Positions 59,457 through 64,000 of a DNA stretch of 64,000 nt are shown here, one piece after another. Origin of the DNA: an uncultured Anaerolineales bacterium (lineage in GTDB: Bacteria; Chloroflexota; Anaerolineae; Epilineales; Epilineaceae); NCBI GenBank assembly GCA_964549495.1, contig CAZJWJ010000008.1, positions 514 to 64,513 on the forward strand, read 5' to 3'. The notes beneath the pieces were generated by a model, which worked only from the letters and a program-made list of their open reading frames with translations, did no database searches and was not told the origin of the DNA. The number at the start of each line of letters is the position of its first letter. Position 1 is the stretch's first letter. Position numbers and translations under genes: made by a program.

Positions 59457-62400
59457 CCTGCCTCCGCCCACTGCGCGAGGAGCGCTTCGGTCACGCCCTG
59501 CTCGCCCACCAGGTCCTGTACCACCGCCCGGAACTCCTCGGCCGCCGCCTGGTCCTCCCAAGCCACCCAGGGTAGCAGGAACCAGACCCCGTACAGCAGA
59601 CCATAGCAGCGCTCCAGCGCCAGCCCTTCGTTGGCCGCCCGCTCGTAGAGCCCCAGCAGCACCTCGGCCCGCTGCAGCGGCGTCCACCCCGCCCAACCAT
59701 AGAGCGCCCGATCCCCCTCGGCCCCGGGCACCTCGGTAAAGGCGATAAACCGCTCCTTGGGCACATCCAACTTCCCCCGCAGCCGCCAGTAGGCCGTCTT
59801 CTGAAACTCCGCACTCCGATACTTGGGCGGCACCGGCACCTCGACCTCTTCGCCCCGGTCCTCGGCATGCTGCAGCTCCCAGGTCCGCTCCCAAGCCGCC
59901 CGCTTCTCCAGCCCCTTGGGCTTGTACACGTGATGCTTGTTGTTGGGCACGCTGTCCACCGCCACCAGCCGCTCCAACTCCCCCACCAAGGAATAATCCG
60001 GCCGCCCCGTCCGCACCTCACACACCGCCCGCACCTTGGCATCCCCCTCCAAGGCCACCGCCGCCTGCGCCAAGGTCCACGGCGCCGCCTGCTCCTTGGC
60101 CCAATCCTCCAGCCGATCCGCCAACCACCCATCCAGCGCCTCGCGCTCCTCGGCCTCGTAATCCGGCTTGTACCACCGCCGCTTGTAGGTCGGCTGCTCC
60201 AGCAGCTGCAAGGCCTTGCTCTTCTCGATCAGCGCCAGCCGCGCCTCGACCCGCGCTCGATAGGCCTCGTCCTCGATCTCGGCAGTGTCGGTGACGGGAT
60301 CCCAGCCGTGGCGGGAGAACCACTTCGTGGGTATCCGATTCCGCAACTCGTCGCGAGTATGGGCACCTCGGATCTCATGATCAAGTCGAGCTAGACGAAT
60401 CTCGAAAGCCCGCAGGCCGGGCCGAATGGGCGGCGCCTCATCTGGTCCAAGTGATGCCACCGCCGAATCAGAAAAGTCAACACCTGGATCTACGTTGTAT
60501 AGTGCGTAGCAGTACCAGTCGAGTTCCTCTTGTATGGCAACAAGGGTCTTGAGGTACTCCAGATCAGCGCTACGATGCGCGAGCAATTCACTTCGCAATG
60601 CAACGGGACCTTCAGACAGTAGTTGATCGATCTTGTCGCGAACCCGTGACATTACACGCTCAGATGCAAGCAAATCCATCCTACGCGCATACTGATCCAG
60701 TTTACCAGGTAACAACTCCACCACGGGGAATGCCTGCATCTTTGTAGAGTCGTATACCGCACGTCGCTCCCACCCCTCACTGGCAATTCCGCCTCCGATT
60801 CCCCCTGTCCCCTTATCAAAGCAGACTTGCTTCAGCCAGAACAGACTTGTCGATGAATTCAATTGGCCAAGCAGAACGTAGTGCTCGTCCTCAGTTACTT
60901 CGGGTGGCATCTTGATTACCGGAGCGGCTTGATTGAATACGGTCCCTAGTTGATCGAGCGCGAAGTGGTTATGGGTGGCAAGTTCCGCAAACACTATCGT
61001 ACGCGGAGTGAATCGATCCGCGGAAATCTGCCCGTACTCCCACCACGGTTTCTCCACGTCGCGATACTCAGCCCCACCAAACACCTTCCGTGCTTCAAGC
61101 AATCTACGGTATGGCCAGAGAACGTTCGAGACACCACCAAGTGCTTCAATGTCGATCGTGCGTATTTCACTTGTGTAAGGAAACAGCACTTCAAGCTGTG
61201 CTTCCGCACACCAGTTGCGGATGTTTTCTCCAACCCCAAATAGCCTGAGGAGTGCCGAGCTACAGCCGCGCCGCTCGAACACCCCTAGCGGCTGGGAGAA
61301 GGCATCGTCCATTTTCGTGATGCACATGAAACCAATTGCATCGGCAAGTTCACCAACTGTGTGAGCTGCTACCTCCTCTACTCGAGATTGGAGTCGACTG
61401 GCACCGCCTCCTCGAAGACTCCAAGGGTGAGAGTGATACTTTCGATTAGGACTATCATCAACTGAGATATACTGATTCTCGAAGTCAGGGTCTCGGTACC
61501 CCGCCTCGATACTCGACCAGACTAACCCTTCCGATGGTTCCACAGGCACGCTTGGTTCACCTCGTTTGCCGAGCACTGTCCGCACCAAGTCACTTGCATT
61601 TGGGAATGAGGCTCGGCCGAAGATCATTACTGTAGGTGTACCGTGCCCAGGGATGTAGGCACCCGCGGTGTCCACAATCATCGTCAGCGTCACGGTCGGG
61701 AAGAACCTCTCGATTAGGGCTGCCCCAAAACTCCGCTTAGAGAAGGAGTTGGCAGTTATCAGTCCTACGTAGCCACCCTTATCCTCTGTGACTGCGAGTT
61801 GAAAACAGCGTTCAGTAAAGGGGCAACCAAGCGAGTAGAGTCGGTAGGCAGAGACGTATCGTGGCTGCTTCTGCCCACCGACCGTGATCTCCTCCTTGTG
61901 GTACTTCTTGCGCGCCTTGTCCTTCTCGGTGATGTAGGGCGGGTTGGCCACTACCGCGTGGAACCCCTCGGCCAGCACCGGCCGCAGCTGCTCGCGGACC
62001 TCGCGCGGCGTGAGCATGGCCGCCGGCTTGTCCTTCACGCTCACCGCCACTCCAACGCCATAGTCGTCACCGAACCCTAGCTGCTGGATCTCGCCGGCCG
62101 GCTCCTTGGCGTCGGCTTCCAACTCGACCTGATCCAGCCCATCCGCCCAGAAAATCTGCGGATGGAGGTCGGCCCCATTGGAGAGGTCGGTGGAGCCGGC
62201 GAGTTCGAGGGCGTACATCAGAAGTCGGGCTCGGGCCAGGGCGCAGGCGTAGTCGTTGAGGTCGATGCCGACGACGCGGGAGAGGACGTGTTGGGCGGCT
62301 TCCATGGGACTCAGGTCGGGGCGGGCCTGGCGGAGGCCGGTGAAGAGGCGGTCGAAGCCGGCCAGGAGGAAGTGGCCGCTGCCGCAAGCGGGGTCGATCA

Positions 62401-63058
62401 GGCGGACGGTTTCGATGTCCCAGTGCTCGATGGCGGGGGTGAGGGTCTCGTCGAGGATGAAGTCGACCACGAAGTCCGGGGTCTGGAGCAGGGCATAGCG
62501 CTGCTTGACCACGGGGTCCAGGTCTTGGTAGAGGTCGCCCAGCAGGCGGCTGTCGAAGTCCTCCTGGTCGAAGCGCCAGCGCAGCTCGTTGGTGTCGGGG
62601 TCGACATCGCGCCAGAAGTCCAGCAGCTTGCGGCTCAGGGCGTCGCTGGGTTCGGTCACCTCGGCGGGGGTTAGGGCGAAGAGCTCGGTCAGGCCGCTCT
62701 CCTTCTTGGCCAGGTCGCGGTAGATCCAGCGGAAGTAGGCCGTCTCGCCCAGGTCGGGCGCCAGGCGGTGGAAGAGCAGCTCCGACTCGCGGTCGAGGAT
62801 TCGGCCGGGGCGCAGGAGGCCGCGGTCCTCCAGGACGCGCAGGTAGACCGAGCGCAGGACCCACATTACCGCCGCACGGCGGCTGAGCAGGTCCGTCCAT
62901 AGGCGGAAGCCCTGGCCCACGCGCTCGGCGGCGTGCAGCGCCTCGGCGCGCTGGCGGACCGTGGGGTCATCCAGGATGCGCTGGCGAAGGTCGGCGGCGA
63001 TCTCCACCGACAGCGCAGAGAGTTCCTCGGTCAGGGCCTTGCGGGTGGCTGGGTTCAT
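59453..63058 (-). CDS. pglX: BREX N6-adenine DNA methyltransferase PglX
   Basis: 1201 aa. Motif I IDPACGSGHFLL, motif IV VVANPPYI (61934-61945 encodes NPPY). Length and architecture are typical of PglX. Confidence 0.92.
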   Translation of the reverse strand: MNPATRKALTEELSALSVEIAADLRQRILDDPTVRQRAEALHAAERVGQGFRLWTDLLSRRAAVMWVLRSVYLRVLEDRGLLRPGRILDRESELLFHRLAPDLGETAYFRWIYRDLAKKESGLTELFALTPAEVTEPSDALSRKLLDFWRDVDPDTNELRWRFDQEDFDSRLLGDLYQDLDPVVKQRYALLQTPDFVVDFILDETLTPAIEHWDIETVRLIDPACGSGHFLLAGFDRLFTGLRQARPDLSPMEAAQHVLSRVVGIDLNDYACALARARLLMYALELAGSTDLSNGADLHPQIFWADGLDQVELEADAKEPAGEIQQLGFGDDYGVGVAVSVKDKPAAMLTPREVREQLRPVLAEGFHAVVANPPYITEKDKARKKYHKEEITVGGQKQPRYVSAYRLYSLGCPFTERCFQLAVTEDKGGYVGLITANSFSKRSFGAALIERFFPTVTLTMIVDTAGAYIPGHGTPTVMIFGRASFPNASDLVRTVLGKRGEPSVPVEPSEGLVWSSIEAGYRDPDFENQYISVDDSPNRKYHSHPWSLRGGGASRLQSRVEEVAAHTVGELADAIGFMCITKMDDAFSQPLGVFERRGCSSALLRLFGVGENIRNWCAEAQLEVLFPYTSEIRTIDIEALGGVSNVLWPYRRLLEARKVFGGAEYRDVEKPWWEYGQISADRFTPRTIVFAELATHNHFALDQLGTVFNQAAPVIKMPPEVTEDEHYVLLGQLNSSTSLFWLKQVCFDKGTGGIGGGIASEGWERRAVYDSTKMQAFPVVELLPGKLDQYARRMDLLASERVMSRVRDKIDQLLSEGPVALRSELLAHRSADLEYLKTLVAIQEELDWYCYALYNVDPGVDFSDSAVASLGPDEAPPIRPGLRAFEIRLARLDHEIRGAHTRDELRNRIPTKWFSRHGWDPVTDTAEIEDEAYRARVEARLALIEKSKALQLLEQPTYKRRWYKPDYEAEEREALDGWLADRLEDWAKEQAAPWTLAQAAVALEGDAKVRAVCEVRTGRPDYSLVGELERLVAVDSVPNNKHHVYKPKGLEKRAAWERTWELQHAEDRGEEVEVPVPPKYRSAEFQKTAYWRLRGKLDVPKERFIAFTEVPGAEGDRALYGWAGWTPLQRAEVLLGLYERAANEGLALERCYGLLYGVWFLLPWVAWEDQAAAEEFRAVVQDLVGEQGVTEALLAQWAEAG

Positions 63059-63059
63059 C

Positions 63060-64000
63060 TCAGGCCGGGTCCTCCACGGGGATGGCTTGGTCGAGCGGCA
63101 AGACCGCTCCCTCGATATGGAACAGCGGTGCGCTGCGGTTGAGCATGGGCTGCTGCTTGTGGATGATGCCCGGCACCACCACCACCCACATGCCGCGCTC
63201 CGTGCCCAGCGTGGCGTTGTAGATCTGTTGCACCAGGTGGGTCGCCTGGCATAGCTCGAGCAGGGCCAGGTCGCCCAGCACGTTTACCGCGCCAGGCCGG
63301 CCGTGCTCGCGCAGCAGGTCGCGCAGCAGCGTCTCGGCCGCCTCGGTCAGCTCGTCGCGCAGGAAGGCAAAGCGCTCGGCCTTCTCGAACTTGGCGAAGT
63401 CGGACTCCATGCGGCCCAGCAGCTCCGCCTCGAAGCTGATGAAGTTGGCATCGGGGCCCATCGCGCGGGCGATGTTGCGGCCCAGCTCCGGATGCTGGTC
63501 GGGCGGGGTGACCACCATGCGCCAGCTGCCCTCGCGTTGGGCCGCCGCCAGCATGCCACCCACGATCTGGGAGGGGCTGCGCTCGGCCGTCAGCAGCATG
63601 GCCGGCAGGGCATCCGGCTCCGGGCCCGGGCGGGCCTCCACGGCATCCGGGCCGCGGGCCACCAGCTGGTCGCCGTCCAGGCGGACGCCGGGTAGGTCCA
63701 ACTCGGCCACCAGGTCGGCCAGGGTCTGGTCGGCCGGCCAGTCGACCTGGTCGTTGAAGTGGGCGTCGATCTCCGCCTTCAGCGCGTCCAGCGCCATCGG
63801 CAGCTGCTCGCGGTGCAGCAGGAAGGGCAGCGCCAGGCGCGGGTCGACCGGCGGGCGGAAGAGCTCGCCGGCATCGGTCCGGTCCAGATCGCTGGCGATG
63901 CGCGCCACCAGCTCCACCGGGTCGCCGGCGAAGCCGGGCAGCGTCGCGGCCAGGGAGTCGCGGGCCGCCTCGCCTTGCTTGGGCGGCCAGTCGGCCAGGC
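63060..64000 (-). CDS. 3' part of the gene preceding pglX (open to window edge); possible BrxB(DUF1788)-like C-terminal region, identity unresolved
   Basis: I translated 63918-64000 by hand. The frame stays open (…LADWPPKQGEAARDSLAATLPGFAGDP-VELVARIAS…), so the GTG at 63917 in the track is probably internal. The stop lies 1 nt before the pglX ATG. The tail ...GMWVVVVPGIIHKQQPMLNRSAPLFHIEG loosely recalls the BrxB C-terminus. Confidence 0.6.
   Translation of the reverse strand, partial: LADWPPKQGEAARDSLAATLPGFAGDPVELVARIASDLDRTDAGELFRPPVDPRLALPFLLHREQLPMALDALKAEIDAHFNDQVDWPADQTLADLVAELDLPGVRLDGDQLVARGPDAVEARPGPEPDALPAMLLTAERSPSQIVGGMLAAAQREGSWRMVVTPPDQHPELGRNIARAMGPDANFISFEAELLGRMESDFAKFEKAERFAFLRDELTEAAETLLRDLLREHGRPGAVNVLGDLALLELCQATHLVQQIYNATLGTERGMWVVVVPGIIHKQQPMLNRSAPLFHIEGAVLPLDQAIPVEDPA

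Noticed and set aside
59457-59894. 146-aa N-terminal extension of the 57702..59894 ORF, overlapping the pglX 3' end
   Set aside because: The extension is Gly/Arg/Ala junk lying inside the pglX coding sequence. The internal ATG at 59456 forms a classic ATGA stop-start overlap with pglX.

Overview
High-GC (~68-70% by eye) bacterial chromosomal segment. The taxon cannot be fixed from sequence alone; a CIRCE-controlled groESL, an exosortase and the overall gene content fit a high-GC Chloroflexota-like or similar lineage. No searches were run: all family names come from motif recognition and recall.

Positions 1-45 kb are mostly housekeeping and envelope genes:
- mutM
- a sulfide-detoxification cluster (MBL-fold persulfide-dioxygenase-like protein fused to 2 rhodanese domains, SulP permease, rhodanese lipoprotein, type-II SQR) next to an ECF sigma factor with a Cys-rich tail
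- plsX, fabF-fabH, ilvE, tilS, tyrA
- two M50 proteases, tandem GT39-like glycosyltransferases, and GT2/GT4 glycosyltransferases with an ABC-2 permease
- an exosortase/EpsI operon
- groES-groEL
- ffh-rpsP-KH-rimM

Positions 45-64 kb are an accessory defence island, all on the minus strand. It contains vapBC, two small DUF4351-like proteins, and a translationally coupled BREX/Pgl locus whose order (pglX, pglY/brxC, pglZ, brxD, brxHI) is type-2-like. That locus departs from the canonical layout in four ways:
- An uncharacterised 584-aa acidic protein with a DUF2325-like C-terminus lies between pglX and pglY.
- A 367-aa multi-TM protein lies between pglZ and brxD. Its C-terminal winged-helix-like module is about 45% identical (gapless) to the C-terminal tail of PglZ.
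- A ~1.6-kb low-GC block replaces the post-NPPY half of pglX.
- The upstream gene is cut by the window edge, and no kinase motif is visible in the part present.

This atypical BREX-like operon is the best candidate for an undescribed system. I recognised no rRNA, tRNA, CRISPR array, transposase or integrase. Many long ORFs in the six-frame track are antisense or out-of-frame artefacts of high GC and were not annotated.
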